Assembly (NCBI GenBank): GCA_963724325.1
Contig: CAVRUH010000011.1
Coordinates: forward strand, 33,540 to 97,539
Source of the DNA: Waddliaceae bacterium
GTDB lineage: Bacteria; Chlamydiota; Chlamydiia; Chlamydiales; Waddliaceae
DNA length: 64,000 bases
Direction of reading: 5' to 3'
Shown here: positions 26,480-37,300 of the stretch, piece by piece
Position numbering within the stretch: position 1 is the stretch's first letter
Layout: every line of letters starts with the position of its first letter
Notes under the pieces: model-generated
What the model was told of the DNA's origin: nothing
Database searches by the model: none
The model's input: only the letters and a program-made list of their open reading frames with translations
Program-made: the position numbers and the translations under genes

Positions 26480-29200
26480 ATGAATACATTTGGTGAATAT
26501 TGCATTATTCTATTTCTACGCCTAGCATTTTGGTTCAGATATCGAATAACTGTTAAGGGATTGGAAAAGTTGACTCCAGATGCTTTAAATAGACCCGGTG
26601 GTGTTTTATTTCTGCCTAACCATCCAGCATCTCTTGTAGACCCTGCATTGGTCGTGATGTCTGTTTGGCCCAAATTCAGACTTCGCCCAATGATTATCGA
26701 ATACATGTACTTTCTTCCGATTGTTCATGGTGTTATGAAATTTATTAGAGCTCTCCCAGTTCCCGATTTCGAAACATCTAGCAATAGCATCAAAAGAAAG
26801 AGAGGGGAAAGAGCCATTAAAGAAATGGCAAAGGGACTAGCCCATGGCGACCACTTCCTCATCTATCCCGCCGGTAGATTGAAACATACAGGGATCGAAG
26901 ACCTCGGAGGCGCATCCGCAGTTCACCAACTAATCAACGATTGCCCTACAACTAACGTCGTTCTTGTCAGAACAAAAGGACTATGGGGAAGCAGCTTCTC
27001 ACGCGCTCAAACAGGACAGTCTCCACCACTTTTCCCCACAATATGGCATGGAGTAAAAGTAGTGCTTAAAAACCTTCTCTTTTTTACACCACGCAGAAAT
27101 ATTATTGTAGAATTTGAGCCTGCACCAGCAGATTTCCCCTATGCTGCATCAAAAATCGAGATGAATCGTTGGCTGGAAAAATGGTACAACAAGCCAGACG
27201 GACTCACCAAACAGACAGGGGAACTTCCCGGTGACTCCCTCATGCTTATTCCATACAGCATATGGAGTAAAGCACTACCCCAAATTTATAAACCACCCGA
27301 AAAAAAGGAAGAAGTCATAGAATTTTCAGTGGTTGAACCTGAGATTCAACGAAAAATATATGAAAAAATTTCAGAATTAACCGAAATTCCTGTAGCGAAA
27401 ATCCATCACGAAATGAGCCTTCCAGTAGATCTTGGACTTGACTCATTAGATATCGCTGAACTGGCCTCGTTCTTGAACGATAAGTTCGATGTAGGCACCG
27501 TCCCCGTAACAGAATTGACTACCGTAGCTCGCGTGCTAGGTATTGCCTCGAAGCAAGTTCAAATCGAACAAAAATTAGAAGAAGAGCAGACCGATCTTTC
27601 TAAGTGGGCCTTCCACGGAAAACGAGCCGTGGCAACGATCGCTGAGGGGGAAACCATACCTGAAGTCTTCCTAAATAATTGTGCACGCATGGGCAAAGCC
27701 CCTGCCTGTGCCGATCTGCGCTCCGGTGTGGTTACCTACGCTAGACTAAAGTTAGGTGTAATAATACTAGCAGAATTTATCCGCAAACAACCCGGAAAGT
27801 ATATCGGCATACTCTTGCCTGCAAGCGTTGGATCCATCATGTGCGTCTTAGCCACGCTTTTGGCTGGAAAAATTCCTTGCATGATCAACTGGACCCAAGG
27901 AAAAAGACACCTCGAGTCAGTAGTTGAAATTTCTAAAGTTGAAATTGTCCTAACTTCTTGGGCTTTTCTAGAACGACTCGATAATGTCGATCTCGATGGC
28001 ATGGATGAAAAGCTTGTCATGGTTGAAACAGTTCGTCGGGAATTTGGCCTCTTCTCAAAATTAAACGCCCTTTTTAGATCAAAGCTATCCACAAAGACTA
28101 TCCTCAAAATCTTCGGTGCAGATAAATTAACAAAAGAAGATGCAGCGGTTCTCCTCTTCACCAGCGGAACGGAAAGCATGCCAAAGGGCGTTCCGCTCAG
28201 TCATAACAATATTCTGAGCAACCAAAGAGCTACTCTTAAAGCTATCGATATCTATAACGATGACGTACTCCAATGCATGCTCCCAACATTCCACTCATTT
28301 GGATTCACTACAACGGGATTACTTACTGTTTTAGGAGGAATCCGAGCAGCTTTTACGCCAAATCCAACCGATGGAAGAGCCCTAGCAAGAAACTTCGAAC
28401 AATGGAAGGCCACCATCACCTGCGGTGCCCCGAGTTTTATCAAAGCACTATTAGCTGCTGCTAAACCTGAACAGCTCAAAACAATGCGCATATGTGTAAC
28501 TGGAGCTGAAAGAGCACCACCAGAACTGTTTCAAATGATTTCCAAATTTGGAAAAGAACAATGCGTCATTGAAGGTTATGGCATCACAGAATGTTCGCCA
28601 GTGCTGACAGCCAACCGGCTTGGAGAGCCAAGAAAGGGAGTAGGAAAACCTATAGAAGGGGTCGAACTTCTCATTGTCAATCCCGATACCCTCGAACCAG
28701 TCCTTTTAGGTGTACAGGGACTAATTTTAGCTCGTAGCCCAGGAGTATTCTCAGGTTATCTGAACCCAGGCCTTTCTTCTCCTTTTGTGAAGGTTGTAGG
28801 TAAAGATTGGTTTAACACGGGTGACTTAGGATCACTTGACAACGTTGGAAGGCTCACTATTTCTGGTCGAAAGAAGCGATTTATTAAAGTCGGCGGCGAA
28901 ATGGTAAGTCTACCGGGTATTGAGGAGGCGCTTCTGCATGGCGCTACCCTCCGAGGATGGACAAAAGGACACGAGGGTGTACCTCTTGCTATCCTGGGCA
29001 AGGAAGAGAACGCTACTAAATCTAAAATCATCCTGATTTCTACTTTTAAAGCTAGTCTTGACGATGTTAACCAAATTTTACGCGATGCAGGCTTCAGCAA
29101 TATAGTTAGAATATCAGAGATCATTCAAATTGAGGAAATACCTCTTATGGGGACAGGCAAAATCAACCATCGCGCTCTAGAACAAGAATACTTAAAGTGA
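26480..29200 (+). CDS. aas: Aas-like fusion: PlsC acyltransferase + carrier domain + acyl-ACP synthetase
   Basis: NHPASLVD and IYPAG (acyltransferase); LGLDSLDIAEL (phosphopantetheine site); FTSGTESMPKG, GYGITE and TGDLG (AMP-binding). Confidence 0.85.
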   Translation: MNTFGEYCIILFLRLAFWFRYRITVKGLEKLTPDALNRPGGVLFLPNHPASLVDPALVVMSVWPKFRLRPMIIEYMYFLPIVHGVMKFIRALPVPDFETSSNSIKRKRGERAIKEMAKGLAHGDHFLIYPAGRLKHTGIEDLGGASAVHQLINDCPTTNVVLVRTKGLWGSSFSRAQTGQSPPLFPTIWHGVKVVLKNLLFFTPRRNIIVEFEPAPADFPYAASKIEMNRWLEKWYNKPDGLTKQTGELPGDSLMLIPYSIWSKALPQIYKPPEKKEEVIEFSVVEPEIQRKIYEKISELTEIPVAKIHHEMSLPVDLGLDSLDIAELASFLNDKFDVGTVPVTELTTVARVLGIASKQVQIEQKLEEEQTDLSKWAFHGKRAVATIAEGETIPEVFLNNCARMGKAPACADLRSGVVTYARLKLGVIILAEFIRKQPGKYIGILLPASVGSIMCVLATLLAGKIPCMINWTQGKRHLESVVEISKVEIVLTSWAFLERLDNVDLDGMDEKLVMVETVRREFGLFSKLNALFRSKLSTKTILKIFGADKLTKEDAAVLLFTSGTESMPKGVPLSHNNILSNQRATLKAIDIYNDDVLQCMLPTFHSFGFTTTGLLTVLGGIRAAFTPNPTDGRALARNFEQWKATITCGAPSFIKALLAAAKPEQLKTMRICVTGAERAPPELFQMISKFGKEQCVIEGYGITECSPVLTANRLGEPRKGVGKPIEGVELLIVNPDTLEPVLLGVQGLILARSPGVFSGYLNPGLSSPFVKVVGKDWFNTGDLGSLDNVGRLTISGRKKRFIKVGGEMVSLPGIEEALLHGATLRGWTKGHEGVPLAILGKEENATKSKIILISTFKASLDDVNQILRDAGFSNIVRISEIIQIEEIPLMGTGKINHRALEQEYLK

Positions 29201-29206
29201 ATACAC

Positions 29207-30625
29207 ATGCAAAATAAACTTAAATTTTTTAATACTGCCAGCAGAAATAAAGAGGTCTTTGAACCCCATCATGACCGCCAAGTTGCCATGTATACTTGCG
29301 GTCCAACCGTATACGATTTCGCACATATCGGCAACTTCCGCACCTATATTTTCGAAGATCTCTTACGACGCACTCTCAAATTTTTTGGATATAATGTCAA
29401 ACAAGTGATGAACTTAACCGACGTCGACGACAAAACAATCCGAGGAGCCCTTAAAAATAAGGTCTCCCTAGAAGAATTCACAAAGACCTACAAGATTGCC
29501 TTCTTTGAGGATATTAAAACTTTAAATATCGAACCAGTCGAATTTTATCCAGCAGCGACAGACTTTATTCCAGATATGATAGAAATGATTCAGATACTCT
29601 TAAAGAATGGCATCGCCTATAAAGGCGGTGATGGTAGTATTTATTATTCTATACACAAATTTCCAAAATATGGATGCCTCTCTCATCTAAACCTTGACGA
29701 ACTAGAGGCTGGCGCATCCGAACGAGTTGCCACTGACGAATATGAAAAAGAGAGTGTTTCCGATTTCGTACTTTGGAAATTACACGACCCAGAACGCGAC
29801 GGAAATATTTTTTGGCAAAGTCCGTTTGGACCAGGCCGACCTGGTTGGCATTTAGAATGCTCTGCAATGGCAATGAAAATTCTGGGTGAAGAAATAGATA
29901 TCCACTGCGGAGGCGTCGACAATATTTTTCCTCATCATGAGAATGAAATTGCACAATCTGAAGGTTGCACTGGAAAGCAATTTGTTAAGTTTTGGCTGCA
30001 CTCAGAGCACCTTTTGGTCAATAATAAAAAGATGTCTAAGAGTCTCGGCAATTTCTATACCTTGCGCGATTTATTGAATAAAGGTTATTCACCAGCTCAA
30101 ATCCGCTACATGCTGCTTCAGACGCATTATAAGACACAGCTCAATTTCACTTTTGAAGGACTTGATGCGGCGAAAAATGCCTTAGAAAGAGTAAATGATT
30201 TCATCCTGCGTCTCTCAGAAGTAAAAAATGCAAAATCACAAGGAGTATTGCTTTCTATTTTAGAAAAGGCCCATGTGGATTTCGCCAATGCTCTCGCAGA
30301 TGACCTAAATATATCAGCAGCATTAGCGGTCGTTTTCGAGCTAATTCGTGAGGTTTATAGTCTGATGGATCTTGAAAAGATTAGTCAAGATGAAGCGCAA
30401 AATACTATTGAGTTGCTCAAGAATTTCAATTCAGTTTTGGGCGTACTTTCTTTTGAAAAGGCAATAGATCAAATAAGTTCCGATCTTCTTGAGGCTTTGG
30501 AAAAAAGGAATCAGGCCAGAGCCAATAAAGAGTGGGCTAAGGCAGATGAATTGCGTGATTTGATACTGTCACGGGGGTATGTTATTGAGGATACTTCTGG
30601 CGGGGCCAGGTTGAAGAAAAAGTGA
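29207..30625 (+). CDS. cysS: Cysteine--tRNA ligase
   Basis: CGPTVY, HIGN, GRPGWHLECS and KMSKSLGN motifs. Confidence 0.98.
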   Translation: MQNKLKFFNTASRNKEVFEPHHDRQVAMYTCGPTVYDFAHIGNFRTYIFEDLLRRTLKFFGYNVKQVMNLTDVDDKTIRGALKNKVSLEEFTKTYKIAFFEDIKTLNIEPVEFYPAATDFIPDMIEMIQILLKNGIAYKGGDGSIYYSIHKFPKYGCLSHLNLDELEAGASERVATDEYEKESVSDFVLWKLHDPERDGNIFWQSPFGPGRPGWHLECSAMAMKILGEEIDIHCGGVDNIFPHHENEIAQSEGCTGKQFVKFWLHSEHLLVNNKKMSKSLGNFYTLRDLLNKGYSPAQIRYMLLQTHYKTQLNFTFEGLDAAKNALERVNDFILRLSEVKNAKSQGVLLSILEKAHVDFANALADDLNISAALAVVFELIREVYSLMDLEKISQDEAQNTIELLKNFNSVLGVLSFEKAIDQISSDLLEALEKRNQARANKEWAKADELRDLILSRGYVIEDTSGGARLKKK

Positions 30626-30626
30626 T

Positions 30627-30968
30627 ATGGATCGGAAGGGATTTTTTGAGCATATTGCGAAGTTGGCGATAGGGAAGGGGATTGATATACTTGAAGCCAC
30701 TCCGCTTGGCAAGGTTATCAATAATCTTGCTGATGAACCAAGAAAAAAGGAAAGGCCTCCAGGAGCTATTCAGGATGATGATTTATTTTTGAAGAGGTGT
30801 ATTGGATGTGATGCGTGCATGAAGGCGTGTCCGGTTAATGTGATTATGATTGAGGACTTGCAGCGTCGTGATCCAGTGATATATCCTGAAAAGGATCCCT
30901 GCGTTCGCTGTCCTGGTTTTCCATGCATTCATTCCTGTCCCACGGGTGCTTTAAGCTACCGCATTTAA
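30627..30968 (+). CDS. 4Fe-4S ferredoxin-type protein (NapG/MauM-like N-terminus)
   Basis: RPPGA, CIGCDACMKACP and CVRCPGFPCIHSCPTGAL motifs. Confidence 0.85.
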   Translation: MDRKGFFEHIAKLAIGKGIDILEATPLGKVINNLADEPRKKERPPGAIQDDDLFLKRCIGCDACMKACPVNVIMIEDLQRRDPVIYPEKDPCVRCPGFPCIHSCPTGALSYRI

Positions 30969-31023
30969 AATCTTGTTTTTTTGCTGGTATGAATCTGTGC
31001 ATTATGATATATTTCATGACATT

Positions 31024-31107
31024 GCCGATGTGGCGAAATCGGTAGACGCGGTAGACTCAAAATCTACTCCTGGCAACGGGGTGCTGGTTCGAGTCCGGTC
31101 ATCGGCA
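31024..31107 (+). tRNA. tRNA-Leu(CAA)
   Basis: gccgatg...gtagactCAAaatctac, long variable arm, ggttcgagtcc, catcggca. Confidence 0.97.
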
Positions 31108-32664
31108 ATTCACCGGACAAACTCTCTTCAAAGAGGATTTGTCCGGTTTTTTCATTTTCTAACCCCTTGTTTTTCTGCAAGATAAGTGCAAGCGCCGGAT
31201 TTAATGGGGTGGTTCGATAACTATCTTCTCGAAAATGCAATTTTGCAGGGAATATCGAACCAAGCAGTTTTTGCTTAATTTCCACAGAAGCATTCATGTA
31301 AAAGCCACTCAAATTGCTCAAAAGTGGAATGCCAAAGCGGCAATACTTCATGAATCCCGTTTCACTGCTTTCCTGCAATTCGATTTTCTTCCACAAAATA
31401 GCAATCTCTTCTTTTAATTTTGAAATCATCCGCTGAATGCGAATCTCTATCAATTTCTCGATTCAATAGCATGTCATCACATCGCGCGATCTTGTCTTCT
31501 TGATCTTTTATGCGTTCCTTTAGTCCTTGAATCTGCTTTTTGCGATCCCCTTCATTTGATTTGAAAGTATCCTCAAGAATGGCCATATAAAGCTCAGAAA
31601 CCTCAGATGGAATCGTTAAAGACTTCAGATAATCATCCAATTTATCGTTCAGAAAATTCGCGCTGAATCTTGTCTTACAAGTATTTTGGCAATGATAATA
31701 CCCATAATAGCTGCCATTACGGCTTTTAGAAAGGCTTCCAGTCAAATTACGACTACACTCAGGACAAATAAGAAGTCCGCGTAAGAGGAAATTCTTCTCT
31801 CTGCTTTAATTTTGCAGAAGGAATGCAACTTTTTTCTCCTATCTTTCTAAGCACTGACTGCACTCGATGGAAAAGATCTTCATTTACCAAAGCTTCATGC
31901 AAGCCCGGAACATAGTATTCTTCCTCCTCATCAAATTCAGGTACTTTTGTTAACCCGATGTAAGTAGGATTGCGAAGTAAGTCATAAAAGGCGCTTCTTC
32001 CTATCTTAAGCCCCTTTTCAGAAAGTAATTTCCGAACATTATCAATGGAATATAATCCCAATGACACAACTTCAAAAGCTTCTCGAATTAAAATAGCATT
32101 TTCATCCGGCACTATAATTGTTTTGCCGTTTGCATTCCGCTCCCTTTTATATCCCTTTGGAGGAGGGCCTGTGTACCTTCCTTCTTTTCTCGCTCGAATG
32201 ATTCCTGTAGTAGTGTTAAGAGCTCTCCGTATGTTATCGGATTCCCCTTCAGCAAGCTTAAAGGCTCGAACATAAGGAAATATAGGATCTCTGCGAGAAA
32301 TTGTCTCTTCTAAACATTTGACTTGAACTCCTAATTTTTCAAGACGGTCTATTTCTACATAAGCCTGAGTCACATTACGGGAAAAGCGATCCCAGCGGAG
32401 GACATAAACATAGTCAATTGTTTTTGGATGCACACAAATATATTCATATAATTCTTGAAAAGCTGGACGATGTTTAAAGTCCTTAGCAGAATAGCCATCA
32501 TCTTGAAAATGCTCAATAAGCTCGACGCCCTCCTTTTGACAGTGCAATCTAAGTATTTCCTCCTGATTCTTCAAGCTGTATCCATGAACTGCCTGTTCCT
32601 CTGTCGAGACCCTCGTGTAGATTAGAGCTCGCTTTATCTCTTTTGGTTTCTTTGTAAAAATCAT
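31064..32664 (-). CDS. Large serine recombinase (resolvase + recombinase + Zn ribbon + coiled coil); two apparent +1 indels near 31783 and 31437
   Basis: YTRVSTEEQ, DDGYSA, RWDRFSRN, PPKGY, NPTYIG, HEALV; corrected frame gives FPLRGLLICPEC...YYHCQNTC; C-terminus runs antisense into the tRNA. Confidence 0.9.
31112..31152 (+). terminator. Intrinsic terminator after tRNA-Leu (identical copy at 40823-40863)
   Basis: accggacaaa...tttgtccggt stem followed by a T-run. Confidence 0.75.
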
Positions 32665-32776
32665 ATTCAGTTTGACTCAGTTTCGTTAATTCTTCTCGAA
32701 TAATTTTAATTTCTGCTTCGCTATATTTTTTCCCATTTTTGTTTAAAATATCGCGACACATTTGTAGTGAAATCAT
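32549..32776 (-). CDS. Small protein overlapping the recombinase start
   Basis: MISLQMCRDILNKNGKKYSEAEIKIIREEL...; overlaps the recombinase 5' end by about 115 nt. Confidence 0.55.
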   Translation of the reverse strand: MISLQMCRDILNKNGKKYSEAEIKIIREELTKLSQTEYDFYKETKRDKASSNLHEGLDRGTGSSWIQLEESGGNT

Positions 32777-32876
32777 CACTATATCCATAGTGTGCGACAA
32801 TGCCTTTGTGATCAGCATTCGGCTTTGTCTGTACTAAAAGCACGATGGTCAGTCTGTGCGTTATATTCATGCTGGT

Positions 32877-33728
32877 TTAATCCAATTTAATCCGCTTTAC
32901 TCTCTTTCTAGAGGCAACAACACCATCAGAAATCCTTGTTGAAATGATTGCCTCTGTTTCATTTTTTGCGATCTCATTATAAGGGACATGTCGCGTAAAT
33001 CCCTTTTCAATTTCAACATTTGATATCTTCCCTTTGGCTTTAGTGATTTTGAGTGAATCAAAATCTTCTTTATTCATGATGTTGCATAATTCATTCTGTT
33101 CCAAGGTAACAGGTCGTTCTATGGGGAATTTTGATTCAATTTCTATTTTTTGAAATATTTTGTTCATTAAAGGATTCAAATGGATGAATAGACCATCGGT
33201 AATCCAATTAAAACACATCGCGCTTGTCATCTCGGTGTATGACAAAAATTCAGACTGTCCATCTGGAATCGTTACAAAAAAAGCGGGCGTCTTAAAATAC
33301 AAAGCGGCAACCACATAGTACTCTATGTATTTCAAATCATTATGCGGGATTTTTTCAAAAAAAAATGGTTTGGCTTGAGCAACTTTCTCAAGAGAAATTC
33401 CCATCTCGCGCATTTTTGTAATCACATGTACCCAAAGAACTTCAGCAAGATTGAATCTTCGCCATCCTGTGGAGGATTCTCTTTCGCATTCAATTAAATT
33501 TATTGAATCCCAATGATGTAAGGTGCGATAGGATACTGAATCAAGTTTCAGCTCACATGTCCTTTCCCTAAAAAGTTCAAGATTCTTCAATGCCTGCTCA
33601 GAATCCTTAAGCTTCTCAAGATTAGAAAAGAAAACATCTCCTCTGAAATATGTCGCTAAGGGATTTTTTCTTTTACTGAGGTAAGCATCAACTTCCTCAG
33701 ACCCTGAAGTAAATTTTTTCGTTTTCAT
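32877..33728 (-). CDS. MerR-type HTH domain protein
   Basis: VSYRTLHHWDSINLI...GWRRFNLAEV...MREMGISLEKV. Confidence 0.75.
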   Translation of the reverse strand: MKTKKFTSGSEEVDAYLSKRKNPLATYFRGDVFFSNLEKLKDSEQALKNLELFRERTCELKLDSVSYRTLHHWDSINLIECERESSTGWRRFNLAEVLWVHVITKMREMGISLEKVAQAKPFFFEKIPHNDLKYIEYYVVAALYFKTPAFFVTIPDGQSEFLSYTEMTSAMCFNWITDGLFIHLNPLMNKIFQKIEIESKFPIERPVTLEQNELCNIMNKEDFDSLKITKAKGKISNVEIEKGFTRHVPYNEIAKNETEAIISTRISDGVVASRKRVKRIKLD

Positions 33729-33751
33729 CAGTACTCCATTTATCTTTAACG

Positions 33752-33775
33752 AAATCTTACTTATTTGTAAGATTT
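33752..33775. promoter_or_regulatory. Candidate operator upstream of the MerR-type gene
   Basis: Perfect 9-bp IR aaatcttac-ttattt-gtaagattt, 24-47 bp upstream of the start codon. Confidence 0.45.
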
Positions 33776-33840
33776 TGAAAAAGGAAAAATGATCCTCTAA
33801 GAAAAGATAAAACGATGATCGGTAAAATTTTGGATAAATT

Positions 33841-34266
33841 CTAGTAAGAAATTGAAACGGTTTTTTCTTGAATCAAGCTTTCAACATCGATATCAACAGC
33901 ACTTTTCATTTCACCAGAGTGAAATCGGATATTGATCAATTCTGATTTCAATTTATTTTCGATAACCATAATAGTTGAAATAAGATCTTTAGTTGGGAGG
34001 CTTTTAAAATCTCGGCGTGAGAGTTCGTCTAGGGCCTTACTCAATGTGCTAGCTAGGGATTCTATTCTAAATCTTTTCAAAATCCGATATTGCTCTAACA
34101 AGCTTTCTACATTGAAAAAAATTAAATTCGCCACTTCACTAGAACACTCCCTATTCCATTTGATTAAAGTTGGTTTTGAAATTCCAATTTTTTCAGAAAT
34201 TTTATCATACGAAAGCCCTTGTGCTCGAAGTTGAATGAACTCTGTTTTTAGAATTTGATTTTTCAT
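33841..34266 (-). CDS. N-terminal HTH protein
   Basis: LRAQGLSYDKISEKIGISKPTLIKW. Confidence 0.75.
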   Translation of the reverse strand: MKNQILKTEFIQLRAQGLSYDKISEKIGISKPTLIKWNRECSSEVANLIFFNVESLLEQYRILKRFRIESLASTLSKALDELSRRDFKSLPTKDLISTIMVIENKLKSELINIRFHSGEMKSAVDIDVESLIQEKTVSISY

Positions 34267-34306
34267 TTTATGAATCTTATTTCTGAAATTAATACAGAAC
34301 CACAGG

Positions 34307-37300
34307 TTAATCTAAACAAACACCCAAGTTATCTAACTTGAAAACATATTCATCACTTAATTTCCCTTTTTTATAACTATAACGCTGCCAATTAACCCAT
34401 GCGAGCAGTTTTTGTTCATCGTCCTTTTTCGTAACGTTGGCACTACCCTTGGTTCGTTTGAGTTCACACAACTTAAGATACATACTCTCCCACATGTCAC
34501 TAAGAGGATCCCAAACAAATCCCAATTTTTCAAGTCGTTCTGTATATTCCTGCGATAGTCGCCCATTTCTATAAGATTGACGTTGTCGGTTTACCCATCT
34601 ACCCAATTTAATGTTCTGGTGGTATTTTGCTGGTACGTTACAATGTTTATTCTCTTCTTGAAATTTGCATAAAGCATCAAACATCTCTTCCCAAGAATTT
34701 GCAAAAGGCTCCCAGTTAAAACCAATTTCAAATAGTTTTTTTTTGAGTTTAGGGCAAATGGTTCCATTGCGAAACGAAGTGCGCTGCCTTACAACCCATC
34801 GCGCAAGCTGTGAAAGTTCAGAAGTGCTTGGAATATTACAATGTCCATTAACCGTCTTAAATGCGCAAAGAGCCTTAAACATTTCCTCTCTTATTGTATT
34901 ATTAGGCTCCCAACAAAATCCTATTGCCTGCAATTTAGTAATACGTTCATCTAGCAGTATTTCCTGCCTATAATGATCGCGTTGGTGTGATACCCACCCA
35001 CCAAGTTTTGGATTTTCCGGAAAATATTGCGGTACATTGCAATGCCCAGAGCTATTTTTAAACTCAACCAATGCATTGTACATTTCTTCCCAGGCATCAT
35101 TTATAACATTCCATGTAAGTCCTAGTTGCTCAAGTCTAACAATGCGTTCAAGGAGTAAAATACCCTTTTTATGTGCGTTCCGTTGTCTTCCAATCCATTG
35201 AGCAAGCTCCAAATTTTTCTCGGATTTTTGTGAAACATTGCAATGACCATTTTCTGACTTATAATGCAATAATTCTGCAAACATTGCTTCCCATTGGTCA
35301 CAATATGGATCCCAAACAAAGCCAAGATTTGTTAGCTTTTCCGCACGCTCCTTTGAAAGTACCCTCTTTTTATAGTCTCTGCGCTGAATGCTAACCCAAT
35401 TTCCTAGACTTGGCACTCTTTCATAATCTTTCGGTACACTGCAATGGCCGTTTTCATTTTTGAATTTACACAATTCGGAAAACATTTCTTCCCAAGCATT
35501 TTTATTAGGATCCCAAACAAAACCTAATTGTGTAAGCTTCTCGAGCCGCTCTTTTGATATTTTATTTTTCTTAAACACATTACGTTGAACGCTAACCCAA
35601 GTAGCAAGTTTTGGCGACTTTTCATATCCTCTAGGTACATTGCAATGCCCATTTTCTTGTTTAAACTTACATAATTCTAAGAACATTTCTTCCCAAAATG
35701 AATGGAGAGTATTCCAAGTGAAATCCAACTGATTGAGTTTATCGAAACGATAGGTAGATAATTTGCCTTTACTTTGCTGCAACCGTTGTTTAGAAACCCA
35801 TGCACCCAATCTTGGATTATCAGAATATTCTTTTGGCACATTACAATGGCCATTGGCATTTTTATACTCGACCAATTCATTATAAATTTCATCCCATAAT
35901 GCATTTAAAGGATCGAATATAAATCCAAGCTCTTCTAAACGATTAACTCTTTGATTATCTAAGGCGTTTTGTCTGAATGCTTCTCTTTGGTGTGCAACCC
36001 ATGAACCCAATTGCCTGTTTTTATATTTAGGCGGGACATTGCAATGGCCCATGTCTTTTTTAAATTGTACGAGTGCTGTATACATTTTTTCCCAAGCGCT
36101 CTCATTTGTATTCCATTCAAATCCAATTTTTTCAAGCCTTTCTCGACGGTGTGAGGCCATTCTACCATCTTTATAGTCACTGCGTTGTGTGGTTACCCAA
36201 GTAGCAAGTCGAGGATTCTCAGGGTATTTTGTAGGAACATTACAGTGTTCAAACTTGTCTTTGAATTTACACAACTCCAAAAACATATTTTCCCACGCTG
36301 CAATATTTGTATCCCACACAAATCCTAGATCTTCCAGCATTTTAATACGCTCAGGCAGGCATTTCCCTTCTTTATATTGGGCGCGTTGAGTATTGACCCA
36401 AGTAGCAAGTTGCGGGTTTGAAGGATATTTTTGTTTCACATTGCAATGCCCATATTCTTGCTTAAATTTGTTAAGTTCAAAAAACATCTCCACCCAAGCT
36501 ACAATAAGAGGGTTCCAGACAAAACCAATCTCTTCGAGCTTCTTGATATAATTGAGAGCTAGTTTGCTTTTGCTGTAGTTTTGTCGCTGCTTTTGGACCC
36601 ACGTACATAGGCGTTCATTTCGAACAGAAGCCATCCAGACGTCTAGATGGCCTGTACTTTGTTTGAACTCGCATAAAGCATTGAACATTTCGTACCATGC
36701 TGCATCAAACGGATTCCAAACAAAACAAATTTTATTAAGTTTTTCAATTTTATCTTTTGATAGTTTGTTTTTCTTGAAATATGATCTTTGAATACCAACC
36801 CAAGAGCCAAGTTTAGGATTTTCTAAAAATGTATCTGGAACATTACAGTGTCCATATTTTTCTTTAAACTGCAGAAGTTCGCCATAGCGCTCATCCCAAC
36901 TGGAGCTAAGTTTATCAACTAAAATAGTCGTAATAGTTTGACGTAAAAAGTTTATCTCAAGTTCAGGGCCTATGAACTCCAGACGCTCTCTTAATCGGCT
37001 ATCATCAAATCTCCCTTTGTTGCCGATGTCTTCGCGCATTTGTTGGATAATTTCAGCCAATTCTTCATCCTGTTCCAACATGGCTTCTAAAACATCCCAA
37101 ACCTCTTCAAATTGAGTACTTTCTAATGCGCTTTCTAGATGTTCATCTTTGGCTGTTTGTAGATGGATAGGCAGTAAAATATAGCCAAATTGTTTATCAC
37201 GAGCTTTACGCATAGCTCTGCCAGCAGCTTGGACTATATCTACTCTGCTTTTTTTAGGAGACATGAACACCACCATATCAACGGCAGGAACGTTTACGCC

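Noticed and set aside
31064..32664. Calling the island recombinase a definite pseudogene
   Set aside because: Both disruptions are single-base insertions of the same kind as the artefacts elsewhere; this cannot be decided without reads
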